Below are positions 1 to 7,634 of a stretch of 32,000 bases of DNA, piece by piece. Numbering within the stretch: the first letter of the stretch is position 1; each line of letters opens with the position of its first letter. This DNA is from Mycolicibacterium smegmatis (lineage in GTDB: Bacteria > Actinomycetota > Actinomycetes > Mycobacteriales > Mycobacteriaceae), in NCBI RefSeq assembly GCF_001457595.1, contig NZ_LN831039.1, positions 6,900,001 through 6,932,000 on the forward strand, written 5' to 3'. Under the pieces are notes generated by a model that did not search any database, was not told the DNA's origin, and saw only the letters and a program-made list of their open reading frames with translations. A program made the position numbers and the translations under genes.

Positions 1-1278
1 GTCGTTGGTCACCGGGTCGCGTGAATTCCCGTGGGGTGCCATCACCGACGCGGCCTCGGCGCTGCCGTCGGTGAACGTCAGCGTCAGGTGCGTCTGGAAC
101 CGCTCGGTGGGCGGCAGTTCGTCGATGCTTTCGTCCAACTCCACGTGGGTGCACGCCAGCAGCCGCCAGACGTCGTCGGCGTCGAGGCGTTCGGCGGAGA
201 ACTGCTGCGGCAGCGCGACACCGTCGAGCAAGGTGACCGCGGCGGCGTAGCCGATGTTCATCTGGGCGCCGATCGCGGTCAGTGGCCGCTGCGGCTGCCA
301 CCAGCCGTGGTGGTAGACGACGTCGCCGACGCGGATGTCGATGCGCTCGATTGTGCGACCGTGCAGGCGGTTTCGCAGCGTGCGCGCAGCCTCGACGACG
401 CCGTGCAGACCACCCATGACCGCCCAGGACTTCACCATGATGGAAGTGGTCTCCCAGTGGTCGCCCAGTCCACGGGTGATGGCCGCGGCATCGATCTGAT
501 GGCCTTCGCCGTAGACGGCGAGGAATCCGCCGTAGGGGCGTTCGAGAACCTGATCGATGCCGGTGTAGCCCGACTGTGCGAGCGCGGCGGAGTAGAAGCC
601 GTTGCGGGCTGCGAAGCCGTGCTGCATCCGCTTGCCCATCGCCTCGTACTGCGCCGACATCAGCCCCGCGGACTGGGTCGCGGCGAAGCCGACCGCGTCC
701 TCGAGCTGCGCGCCGTCCAGCCCGCGGAGCTTCCCGCAGGCCAGCGCGGCGGCGATGCCGCCGAAGACGGGGCCGGAATGCCAACCGCGGGAGAGCATCT
801 CGGTGCCACCCAGGGCGCGCCCGATCCGCGGGCCGGTCTCGAAGCCCACGATCGCAGCCATCAGCAACTCCTTACCGCTCACCGGTCGGTTCAGGTGTGC
901 TGTCGTGGCGAGCAGTGCCGGGACCACCAGTGAGGCCGAGTGCAGCGGTGCGAAGGGATGAAAGTCGTCGAGTTCGAAGCCCTGGATGAAGGTGCTGTTG
1001 AGCAGGACGGCGCCGACCGGTGTGCTGGTGCGCCCTGTGCCGATGACGGGGACGGCTCCGTCGCCCTCGATACCCAGCACCGCGTCGGTGGCCAGGCGCG
1101 ACCACGGCAGCTGCGCCCCGACCAGGGCGCAGCCGATGCCGTCCAACAACAGATGGGCCGCCCGCACCCGGACGTGCTCGGGCACCTGATCCCATTCCAG
1201 GGTGCGCACCCAATTCACCAACTGGCCCGTCGGGCCCTCGGGCGCGCTGGGGTCGGTCAATGTGTTCACCTGACCCAT
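1..1278 (-). CDS. MmgE/PrpD family protein (2-methylcitrate dehydratase / cis-aconitate decarboxylase superfamily); C-terminus lies outside the window
   Basis: Absent from the ORF track because it has no in-window stop. My minus-strand translation from ATG 1278 stays open to nt 1: MGQVNTLTDPSAPEGPTGQLVNWVRTLEWDQVPEHVRVRAAHLLLDGIGCALVGAQLPWS...LNSTFIQGFELDDFHP...GWHSGPVFGGIAAALACGKL...MAPHGNSRDPVTND. This layout is typical of MmgE/PrpD proteins. The 300-aa + ORF 31..933 is its antisense shadow. Confidence 0.85.
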   Translation of the reverse strand, partial: MGQVNTLTDPSAPEGPTGQLVNWVRTLEWDQVPEHVRVRAAHLLLDGIGCALVGAQLPWSRLATDAVLGIEGDGAVPVIGTGRTSTPVGAVLLNSTFIQGFELDDFHPFAPLHSASLVVPALLATTAHLNRPVSGKELLMAAIVGFETGPRIGRALGGTEMLSRGWHSGPVFGGIAAALACGKLRGLDGAQLEDAVGFAATQSAGLMSAQYEAMGKRMQHGFAARNGFYSAALAQSGYTGIDQVLERPYGGFLAVYGEGHQIDAAAITRGLGDHWETTSIMVKSWAVMGGLHGVVEAARTLRNRLHGRTIERIDIRVGDVVYHHGWWQPQRPLTAIGAQMNIGYAAAVTLLDGVALPQQFSAERLDADDVWRLLACTHVELDESIDELPPTERFQTHLTLTFTDGSAEAASVMAPHGNSRDPVTND

Positions 1279-1314
1279 TGCAGAGATCGGGTTGCGTAGA
1301 AGCCAGTCAACTTG

Positions 1315-1337
1315 CGAAATCTGCAAGTACGATTTCG
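1315..1337. promoter_or_regulatory. Candidate IclR operator: perfect inverted repeat CGAAATC-N9-GATTTCG in the MmgE/PrpD-IclR divergent gap
   Basis: Read directly: cgaaatc (1315-1321) and gatttcg (1331-1337) are exact reverse complements. A TANNNT-type hexamer TACGAT (1328-1333) ends 7 nt before GTG 1340, which fits a leaderless transcript. The GAAAT/ATTTC half-sites recall IclR-family boxes (from memory). Confidence 0.4.
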
Positions 1338-1339
1338 TC

Positions 1340-2110
1340 GTGGCCACCACCGCGCTGCGCGGGCTCCACGTACTGGAGACCCTCGCCGGGATGCGCCAAC
1401 CCGCGACGCTGCGCGATGTCGCCGCACGCGCCGGGCTCTCGGAGTCGAACGCGTTCCGGATTCTGCAGGCACTCGAAAACGAGGGCTACGTACACCATCT
1501 CGGGCGATCCGGTTACCGGTTGGCCAGCCGGGCGCTGGCCCTGGCCACCGTCATCGGTCCACGACCGGCCATGCTCCGCCTGATGCATCCGATCGTCGCC
1601 CGGTTGGCCGCAGTCAGCGGTGAGGCCGCCGTGGTGCACCTGCGGGCGGGGCAGTTCCGGGTGCTGGTGCTGGGCGTTCCGGCGCCCTCGGGGCCGATCG
1701 TCGACCCGGCCGGCGTCCTCGGGGAGCGCTCACCGCTGGCCGCCGGCGCCAGCGGCCGGATCATCCTGGCCTACCTAACCGAGACGGAGCTTGCCGACGT
1801 CGACCTCGACGGCGTGACCCCCGAGCAGCTCGCCGAAATTCGCGATCGCGGGTATGAAACGTCCTACGGCGAGAACCATCCGGGCATCAACGGCATTTCC
1901 GTGCCCCTGCTCGCCACGCCCGACGATCCCGGCGCTGCGCTGATTGTGTTGGGGTCCATGACGATTGCCGGCCCGGCGGAGCGGCTGCCGCCTCGGGCCG
2001 TGACGCGCCTGGTGGGACCGCTGCTGGGCGCCTGTAGGGATCTCAGCCCACGGCTGGCCGCACTGCTGGGCCCCAATCCGGGCGCCACGATCGACGCGCT
2101 CGATCTCTAG
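1340..2110 (+). CDS. IclR family transcriptional regulator
   Basis: ORF track 1292..2110 (TTG start); I prefer the in-frame GTG at 1340. N-terminal wHTH ALRGLHVLETLAGMRQPATLRDVAARAGLSESNAFRILQALENEGYV, followed by an IclR-type effector domain. Divergent from the MmgE/PrpD gene. Confidence 0.85.
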   Translation: MATTALRGLHVLETLAGMRQPATLRDVAARAGLSESNAFRILQALENEGYVHHLGRSGYRLASRALALATVIGPRPAMLRLMHPIVARLAAVSGEAAVVHLRAGQFRVLVLGVPAPSGPIVDPAGVLGERSPLAAGASGRIILAYLTETELADVDLDGVTPEQLAEIRDRGYETSYGENHPGINGISVPLLATPDDPGAALIVLGSMTIAGPAERLPPRAVTRLVGPLLGACRDLSPRLAALLGPNPGATIDALDL

Positions 2111-2111
2111 A

Positions 2112-3230
2112 TCAGCGAATGAGGCGGAAGAATCCGCGCACCTGCTCGACGAGTGACTCCGGCTGTTCCATTGCCGCGAAATGGCCTCCGCGCGGTAGCT
2201 CTTCGAACCAGCGCAGGTCGGTGAACCGCAGTTCGGCCTCTCGCCGTGACGGGCGGGAGATGTCGCGTGGATAGATCGACAGCCCGGACGGCGCGGTCAC
2301 CTTGTCACGGAAGTTGGCGAAGCTCTCCCAATACAGGCGCGCCGAGGACGTGGCCGACGCGGTGAACCAGTACACGGAGATCTCGTCGAGAATCTGTTGC
2401 CGGGACACCGCATCCTCGGGGTGGCCGTTGTTGTCCGTCCAGGCCCAGAACTTTTCGGCGATCCATGCGGCCTGACCTGCCGGGGAATCGGTCAGGCCGT
2501 AGCCGAGGGTCTGCGGGCGTGTGGCCTGCTGCGCCGAGTAGCCGCGGCCGGTGCGCTGGAATTCGTTGGCGGCAGCCAGGTTCGCCAGCTCCGCGGGTGT
2601 CGGGTCATCGAACGTGCCCGCGGCCACGGATCCCATGTTCAGGTGGACGCCGGCGACCCGCTCGGGCGCCACCTCGCCCAGCGCGCCGGAGACTGCCGAA
2701 CCCCAGTCGCCGCCCTGCGCGCCATACCGCTGATAACCCAGCGAGACCATCAACGTGTCCCAGGCACGCGCGATACGGGTGATGCCCCATCCGGTCGTCG
2801 AGGGCTTGTCGCTCCAGCCGTACCCAGGCAACGACGGGGCGACCACGTGGAACGCGTCGGCCGGATCTCCGCCGTGCGCGCGGGGATCGGTCAGCGGCCC
2901 CAGTACCTCCAGGAACTCGAGCACCGACCCCGGCCACCCGTGCGTGAGCACCAGCGGAAATGCCGTCGGCTCCGGCGAGCGCACGTGCAGAAAGTGGATG
3001 CCCAGCCCGTCGATCGTGTCGCGGAATTGCGGAAAGGCGTTGAGCCGCTCGGCGAATCCGAAGTCGTAATCGTGTGCCCAGCTGTGGCAGAGCTCCTGCA
3101 CATAGGCCAGCGGAATCCCCTGTGACCAGTCGTCTACCGGCTCGGGTTCGGGCCACCGTGTCCGGCGCAGGCGATCTCGCAGGTCCGCGATCTCGGCTTC
3201 GGTGATCCTGACCTCGAACGGTTCGGTCAC
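2112..3230 (-). CDS. Epoxide hydrolase (alpha/beta-hydrolase with N-terminal EH domain, microsomal-EH-like)
   Basis: 372-aa ORF with GTG start and GGAG 9 nt upstream. N-terminal EH domain (FEVRITEAEIADLRDRLRRTRWP), HGWPGS oxyanion motif and GGDWGS nucleophile elbow. Confidence 0.9.
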   Translation of the reverse strand: MTEPFEVRITEAEIADLRDRLRRTRWPEPEPVDDWSQGIPLAYVQELCHSWAHDYDFGFAERLNAFPQFRDTIDGLGIHFLHVRSPEPTAFPLVLTHGWPGSVLEFLEVLGPLTDPRAHGGDPADAFHVVAPSLPGYGWSDKPSTTGWGITRIARAWDTLMVSLGYQRYGAQGGDWGSAVSGALGEVAPERVAGVHLNMGSVAAGTFDDPTPAELANLAAANEFQRTGRGYSAQQATRPQTLGYGLTDSPAGQAAWIAEKFWAWTDNNGHPEDAVSRQQILDEISVYWFTASATSSARLYWESFANFRDKVTAPSGLSIYPRDISRPSRREAELRFTDLRWFEELPRGGHFAAMEQPESLVEQVRGFFRLIR

Positions 3231-3283
3231 AGCGGGTCTCCATTCTGGCGCGGCAAGAGTCGGCGCGGTCGGCTTGCAGCGCC

Positions 3284-4036
3284 TCAGATCACTTGTTCGG
3301 TGGGCCGGATGAGGATCTCGTTGACCGCCGCGTGCGCGGGCCGGGTGACCATGTACACGATCGCGGACGCGATGTCGGCGGGGTCAAGGGGCGCACCGGT
3401 CGTGGCATCGGGGGCACCCTTGCTTCCGCCGGTAGTCATCTCGGTCCGAACCACACCGGGCTCCACCACCCCGACGCGAACACGCCTGGTCGCCAACTCT
3501 TGCCGCAACGCCTCCGTGAACGCGCCGACGGCGTGCTTGCTCGCGGCGTAGACATTGCTCGACGGTCCTGGGACGCGCCTGCCTCCGACAGAGCTGACGG
3601 TCACGATGTCGGCCACCCCACGCTCCCGCTCGCCGGCCCTGACCACCAGAGGCAGTGCTGCGTGCGTGACGTTCAGAACGCCACCGATGTTCACGTCGAT
3701 GGTGCGGTGCCAGTCGGCGAGATCGGCTTCGACGGCCGGTGCGTTGGCCAGGAATCCGGCGTTGTTGACCAAGATGTCGATGCGGCCGAACTCGTCGGCG
3801 ATGGCTTGCACGGACCGAGCGACGGTCGCGCCGTCGGTGACGTCCACCTCGTGGGCGTGCGCTCGACCTCCGTCGCGTTCGATCACGTCGACCAGTTCTT
3901 CGAGTCGCGCGAGTCGACGGCCGAAGACCGCCACGGTGGCGCCTTCGGCGGCGAGGGCACGGGCCGTCGCCCATCCGATGCCGCTCGATGCGCCGGTCAC
4001 CAGGGCAACCGTGTCGGCGAGCCTCTTGCCTGTCAT
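3284..4036 (-). CDS. Short-chain dehydrogenase/reductase (classical SDR)
   Basis: Track ORF 3284..4093; I prefer internal ATG 4036, which is preceded by GAGGAGG. Motifs TGASSGIG, NNAG and YAASKHAV (YxxxK). Confidence 0.9.
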   Translation of the reverse strand: MTGKRLADTVALVTGASSGIGWATARALAAEGATVAVFGRRLARLEELVDVIERDGGRAHAHEVDVTDGATVARSVQAIADEFGRIDILVNNAGFLANAPAVEADLADWHRTIDVNIGGVLNVTHAALPLVVRAGERERGVADIVTVSSVGGRRVPGPSSNVYAASKHAVGAFTEALRQELATRRVRVGVVEPGVVRTEMTTGGSKGAPDATTGAPLDPADIASAIVYMVTRPAHAAVNEILIRPTEQVI

Positions 4037-4125
4037 AAGGAACGCCTCCTCTGGGGTACGGGACGGTGCAACGATGCGTCGTCCCCTGTGCATTCCCGAG
4101 TTGGCGAAGTCGTTCCCCGCTCCGG

Positions 4126-4575
4126 TCAGGACGCTCGAGACCGGACAGGCTCACCGGCGTTCTCGGCGAAAGCTCGGAACACCGCAAGGCTGTCCTCGTA
4201 GACGTGGTGACGGGTGACGAGGCCGTTCTCCACCGTCAGGTGCAACGCAAAGGCAGCCTCATAGCTGCGCCCGGTCGGACCGGCGGTGTTGCGGAGCTCG
4301 CCGAGCACGACGGCGTCAGCGCCGTCCACCAGGACGGAAAACACCTCGGCGGAACTCTGTTTCGCCACATGGTGGTCGGCGATCAGACGGAAGTGCTCCT
4401 CGACGCCGGCACGGGTCGATCGCTGTTGGATCCATGGGACAACTCCCATATGATCACCGGCCGGCCAGCTGAGCTTCCACGAAACCTCCTCGGCATAGAG
4501 CTCGGCGATTCTTCCGGGGTCGCCGGCCGCGATGCGTCGAAGCAGTTCGTTGACCGTCTCACGGGTACTCACCAC
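4126..4575 (-). CDS. SnoaL-like / NTF2-fold protein (ketosteroid-isomerase/polyketide-cyclase-like)
   Basis: 149-aa ORF with GTG start. Pattern VNELLRRIAAGDPGRIAELYAEEVSW...FALHLTVENGLVTRHHVYEDS is typical of SnoaL/NTF2-like small proteins. Confidence 0.75.
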   Translation of the reverse strand: MVSTRETVNELLRRIAAGDPGRIAELYAEEVSWKLSWPAGDHMGVVPWIQQRSTRAGVEEHFRLIADHHVAKQSSAEVFSVLVDGADAVVLGELRNTAGPTGRSYEAAFALHLTVENGLVTRHHVYEDSLAVFRAFAENAGEPVRSRAS

Positions 4576-4646
4576 ATGAGTTTGGCATTTCTCCTGTCCG
4601 TCAGGCCATTACGCGACAGGTAATGGCGGTCGAGCAGTCCGGTTGT

Positions 4647-5219
4647 CTAGTGCGCGGAGGGGTCGGCGATGGAGAAGTCCCACGTTCCCTCGGCGATGTC
4701 GGCGAGCCGCTGCAGGTAGGCGTTGCGGGACTCCTGGGACGTCGCCATGCGCTCACGGTCCAACACCGGAGCGCCGAGTTCGGCCGGCGGCAGGGTCTGG
4801 GCGGTGGCCTTCACGCCGTAGAACGGAAGGTGATCGTCGAAACCGCCGGGCGCGTAGAAGTTCAACACCCTGGCGTCCTCGTCGGATACCACCCGGAACG
4901 CGTGCCTGGTGGATTTCGGGATCCACACCGCGGCTCCCGGGCCGGCCCGCATCACCTCGTCGGCAGCACCGACCACCAACTCCAACTCGCCCGAAATCAC
5001 GTAGAAACCCTCTGCCTGGCGCTCGTGCACATGCGCGGGCGGGCCGGCCCCTGCTGGGATGACCTGTTCGAGAAGGGTGAATTCCCCGAGGGTTTGGTCT
5101 GCGGACATCAGGACGTTCCACAGCACGGCGCGATACCAGTACGCAGGGGATGCGCCGGCCTGGCCGAGTACTACTTCCGCGGGCTTGTCATCGGTCGTCA
5201 CGGGACTGTCCGTCCACAC
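4647..5219 (-). CDS. Cupin domain protein (metal-binding, dioxygenase/isomerase-like)
   Basis: 190-aa ORF with GTG start. Cupin motif 1 PAHVHERQAEGFYVISGE and motif 2 GAAVWIPKSTRHAFRV. Confidence 0.8.
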   Translation of the reverse strand: MWTDSPVTTDDKPAEVVLGQAGASPAYWYRAVLWNVLMSADQTLGEFTLLEQVIPAGAGPPAHVHERQAEGFYVISGELELVVGAADEVMRAGPGAAVWIPKSTRHAFRVVSDEDARVLNFYAPGGFDDHLPFYGVKATAQTLPPAELGAPVLDRERMATSQESRNAYLQRLADIAEGTWDFSIADPSAH

Positions 5220-5255
5220 GTATTACGGCATTCATGAAGGTCGACCTTTCTGGTG

Positions 5256-5280
5256 TGTGATGTCACATCGTGACATCACA
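5256..5280. promoter_or_regulatory. TetR-type operator site 1: 25-bp palindrome with perfect 11-bp arms
   Basis: TGTGATGTCAC-atc-GTGACATCACA read directly. Lies in the 139-bp divergent gap between the cupin start (5219) and the tetR start (5359). Confidence 0.6.
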
Positions 5281-5285
5281 GTAGC

Positions 5286-5310
5286 ACTGATGTCGCGTCG
5301 TGACATCAGT
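5286..5310. promoter_or_regulatory. TetR-type operator site 2: 25-bp palindrome, same half-site, one mismatch
   Basis: ACTGATGTCgC-gtc-GtGACATCAGT. It shares the core TGATGTC-N7-GACATCA with site 1. Centres are at 5268 and 5298, 30 bp apart. Confidence 0.6.
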
Positions 5311-5358
5311 CAGTCGGTCCGGGTCCCCCGCCGGCAGGACGCCAAGTAGCGTTGGGCC

Positions 5359-5943
5359 ATGCCCAGGTGGGAACACGGCAGCGAAGATCGTCTGAAGCAG
5401 GCAGCGACGGAGCTGTTCGAAGAGCGCGGTTTTCAGAACACCACGGCCGTCGAGATCGCCAAACGGGCTCGTGTGTCCACCCGAACCTTTTTCCGGTACT
5501 TCGCGGACAAGCAGGCAGTGGTGTTCGCCGACGCCGAGCGGCTGCGCGCGGCGTTGATTCAGCAACTCGGCACCACCGCCGACGCCGGGCAGCCGCTCCG
5601 GTCAGTGACGGCCGTGTTGGCGGGCTTCGATTGGGAAAGTTTGGGATCGCGGGAATCTCAACGCCGACGCGATCGCATGATCGCATCGAATCCGGAACTG
5701 CTCGAACGTGATCTGATGAAGCAGCATGAAATGGCAGAGGCCTTCAGTGGTGTGCTGCGAGAGCGAGGGGTCGAGCCCTACGCGGCCGAACTTGCTGCGC
5801 GCGTGGGAATCGATGTGTTCCGTACCGCATACCGGCGCTGGCTGGCTGCCGACGAAGGTGACGCCGAGTTGTCAGCGTTGGTCGAGGCCGTCATGACAGC
5901 GTTGAACAGCATCGCCCCGGCGCCCAGAGGAAGTGAGACATGA
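5359..5943 (+). CDS. TetR/AcrR family transcriptional regulator
   Basis: 194 aa. N-terminal HTH RLKQAATELFEERGFQNTTAVEIAKRARVSTRTFFRYFADK. Its stop overlaps the next start (ATGA at 5940-5943). Confidence 0.9.
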   Translation: MPRWEHGSEDRLKQAATELFEERGFQNTTAVEIAKRARVSTRTFFRYFADKQAVVFADAERLRAALIQQLGTTADAGQPLRSVTAVLAGFDWESLGSRESQRRRDRMIASNPELLERDLMKQHEMAEAFSGVLRERGVEPYAAELAARVGIDVFRTAYRRWLAADEGDAELSALVEAVMTALNSIAPAPRGSET

Positions 5944-6707
5944 AAATGGAGCAACGCAGCCCCGCCCCGACGGAGGCCGAACTGCGCCGAGAACTGGCCG
6001 CGGTGTACCGCCTGGTCGCGCACCACCGGATGACCGACCTGGTGTTCACGCACATCTCGGTGCGGCTGCCCGGGAATGACCACCACTTCCTGATCAACCC
6101 CTACGGGTTGCTGTTCGAAGAGATCACCGCGTCGAGCCTGGTTCGAGTCGATCTGAACGGCAACGTCATTGGCGAGACGCCCTATTGCGTGAACCCAGCC
6201 GGTTTCGTCATCCACAGTGCGATCCACGCTGCGCGAGAAGACGCCGCCTGCGTGCTGCACACGCACACGCTGGCCGGCTGTGCGGTCGCGGCGTCGGCGT
6301 CGGGGCTCCTCCCGGTGAACCAGATCTCCATGGAATTTTTCAACCGCGTGGGCTATCACGACTACGAGGGCGTGGCGCTGAACCTCGATGAACAGAAGCG
6401 GCTCGTCGAGGACCTGGGCACGCACGACGCGCTGATCCTGCGCAACCACGGCCTGCTGACGGTGGGAGCGACCCCCGCACGGGCCTTCCTGCGGATGTAC
6501 TACCTGAACAAGGCATGCGAAATCCAGATCGCCGCCTCGCAGCTCGGAGAATTGGTCATCCCGGACCCCCGCATCACCGAGCATGCCGCCCAACAGCTCG
6601 TGGGCGACGCAGCAGGGGACGACTACACCGACGACGTGGGATACGACCTGGCCTGGGCGGCGATGGTCCGGATGCTCGATCGCACGCAGCCGGACTACCG
6701 GGACTGA
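5940..6707 (+). CDS. Class II aldolase/adducin domain protein
   Basis: 255 aa. LAAVYRLVAHHRMTDLVFTHISVRLPG...GFVIHSAIHAAREDAACVLHTHT...LILRNHGLLTVG is the typical class II aldolase/adducin N-terminal-domain pattern. Translationally coupled to tetR. Confidence 0.9.
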   Translation: MKMEQRSPAPTEAELRRELAAVYRLVAHHRMTDLVFTHISVRLPGNDHHFLINPYGLLFEEITASSLVRVDLNGNVIGETPYCVNPAGFVIHSAIHAAREDAACVLHTHTLAGCAVAASASGLLPVNQISMEFFNRVGYHDYEGVALNLDEQKRLVEDLGTHDALILRNHGLLTVGATPARAFLRMYYLNKACEIQIAASQLGELVIPDPRITEHAAQQLVGDAAGDDYTDDVGYDLAWAAMVRMLDRTQPDYRD

Positions 6708-6897
6708 CGAGCTGAAATAGCGCCGAGCCGCGCTCCGGAAGTCGCCGTGGATAAATACAGTCGCCAACCCGGCAGGTTCGGTTCACCAATCTTCATGCGG
6801 GGGCAGTGTTTTTCCTCCACGCTCTGCGTCCTCCAAGCGTGCCCGGCGTCCGCGTGACTACATCCATGTGTCGGAAAGCCCGCTGCCGAGGGGTGAT

Positions 6898-7587
6898 TCA
6901 GGCGGTCCCCCGGTGTCCGAAGGACGGCGCAGTAAGAACCGCCGAGGCGTCGGCGGCGGCCGACCGCACCACCGCGCGCACCCGGTCGAGCGCCTGATCG
7001 GCCAGCGTGAAGTCGGTGCCGGCCACACCCAGTGCGCCAAGCACCTCTCCGCGGCGGTGGAAAACCGGGGCGGCCACCCAGCGCAATTGCCTTGCCGGAT
7101 CCTGGGACACCACGGCCTCCGAGGACGTGGAGACGATTGCCTGCCCGAGTGCCGTCTGCTCGATCGCAGTCGTCAACCCGGGCCGGACCGGGATGGCGAA
7201 TGGATCCAGCGACTCGACCGCGTCGACGATTACGAGATTGCCGCCGTACTGCTGGGCGAAGTGCGCGCTGAGCCCCGTCGCCGTCCGCAGCGACTCGAGC
7301 GCGGCCGCAACGGTCTTGCGCCACGGCGCATCAGAGAGCGCCGCGGCCGCGATCCCGAGAAACCGGGGGCCGATCCGGTAGGTGCTGTCGGGTTCGGCCA
7401 CCACAAACCCCTGAGAAACGAGGTGTTGCAACAGCCGATAGACAGTGGCCTTGGGCAATTCGGTCCGAGCGGCGAGATCCACGATGCGATGACACCCTCC
7501 ACGTTCGGACAACGCGGCCAGCACGTCGAGCACCTTCACCGCTGCCGCTCGCGGTGAATTCTCCGCTCCACTGTCATTCGTCGCCAT
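6898..7587 (-). CDS. IclR family transcriptional regulator
   Basis: 229 aa. wHTH VKVLDVLAALSERGGCHRIVDLAARTELPKATVYRLLQHLVSQGFV plus an IclR effector domain. An in-frame GTG near 7539 is an alternative start. Divergent from the ABC operon. Confidence 0.85.
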   Translation of the reverse strand: MATNDSGAENSPRAAAVKVLDVLAALSERGGCHRIVDLAARTELPKATVYRLLQHLVSQGFVVAEPDSTYRIGPRFLGIAAAALSDAPWRKTVAAALESLRTATGLSAHFAQQYGGNLVIVDAVESLDPFAIPVRPGLTTAIEQTALGQAIVSTSSEAVVSQDPARQLRWVAAPVFHRRGEVLGALGVAGTDFTLADQALDRVRAVVRSAAADASAVLTAPSFGHRGTA

Positions 7588-7616
7588 CGCGAGTTATGGT
7601 AGCAGCGTTTCGTCAG

Positions 7617-7634
7617 ATGAAACCGCCGTTTCAT
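7617..7634. promoter_or_regulatory. Candidate IclR operator: perfect 18-bp palindrome ATGAAAC-CGCC-GTTTCAT
   Basis: Read directly. A third half-site GTTTC at 7607-7611 forms a second inverted pair with GAAAC 7619-7623. The palindrome overlaps the preferred start codon of the SBP gene, 30 nt from the annotated IclR start. Confidence 0.5.

Noticed and set aside
31-933. 300-aa + strand ORF (with nested ORFs 576..989 and 602..961)
   Set aside because: R/G/A/P-rich with no family motifs. It lies exactly antisense to the well-supported MmgE/PrpD reading frame, so it is a typical high-GC shadow ORF.
5778-6767. 329-aa minus-strand ORF
   Set aside because: Antisense shadow of the class II aldolase gene. 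Low-complexity R/V/G/D-rich sequence with no motifs.
6818-6841. Inverted repeat CACGCT-N12-AGCGTG in the convergent gap between the aldolase and IclR genes, considered as a bidirectional terminator
   Set aside because: No U-tract follows the stem in either orientation: the T-run lies 5' of it on the + strand and an A-run follows it on the - strand. The loop is long (12 nt).
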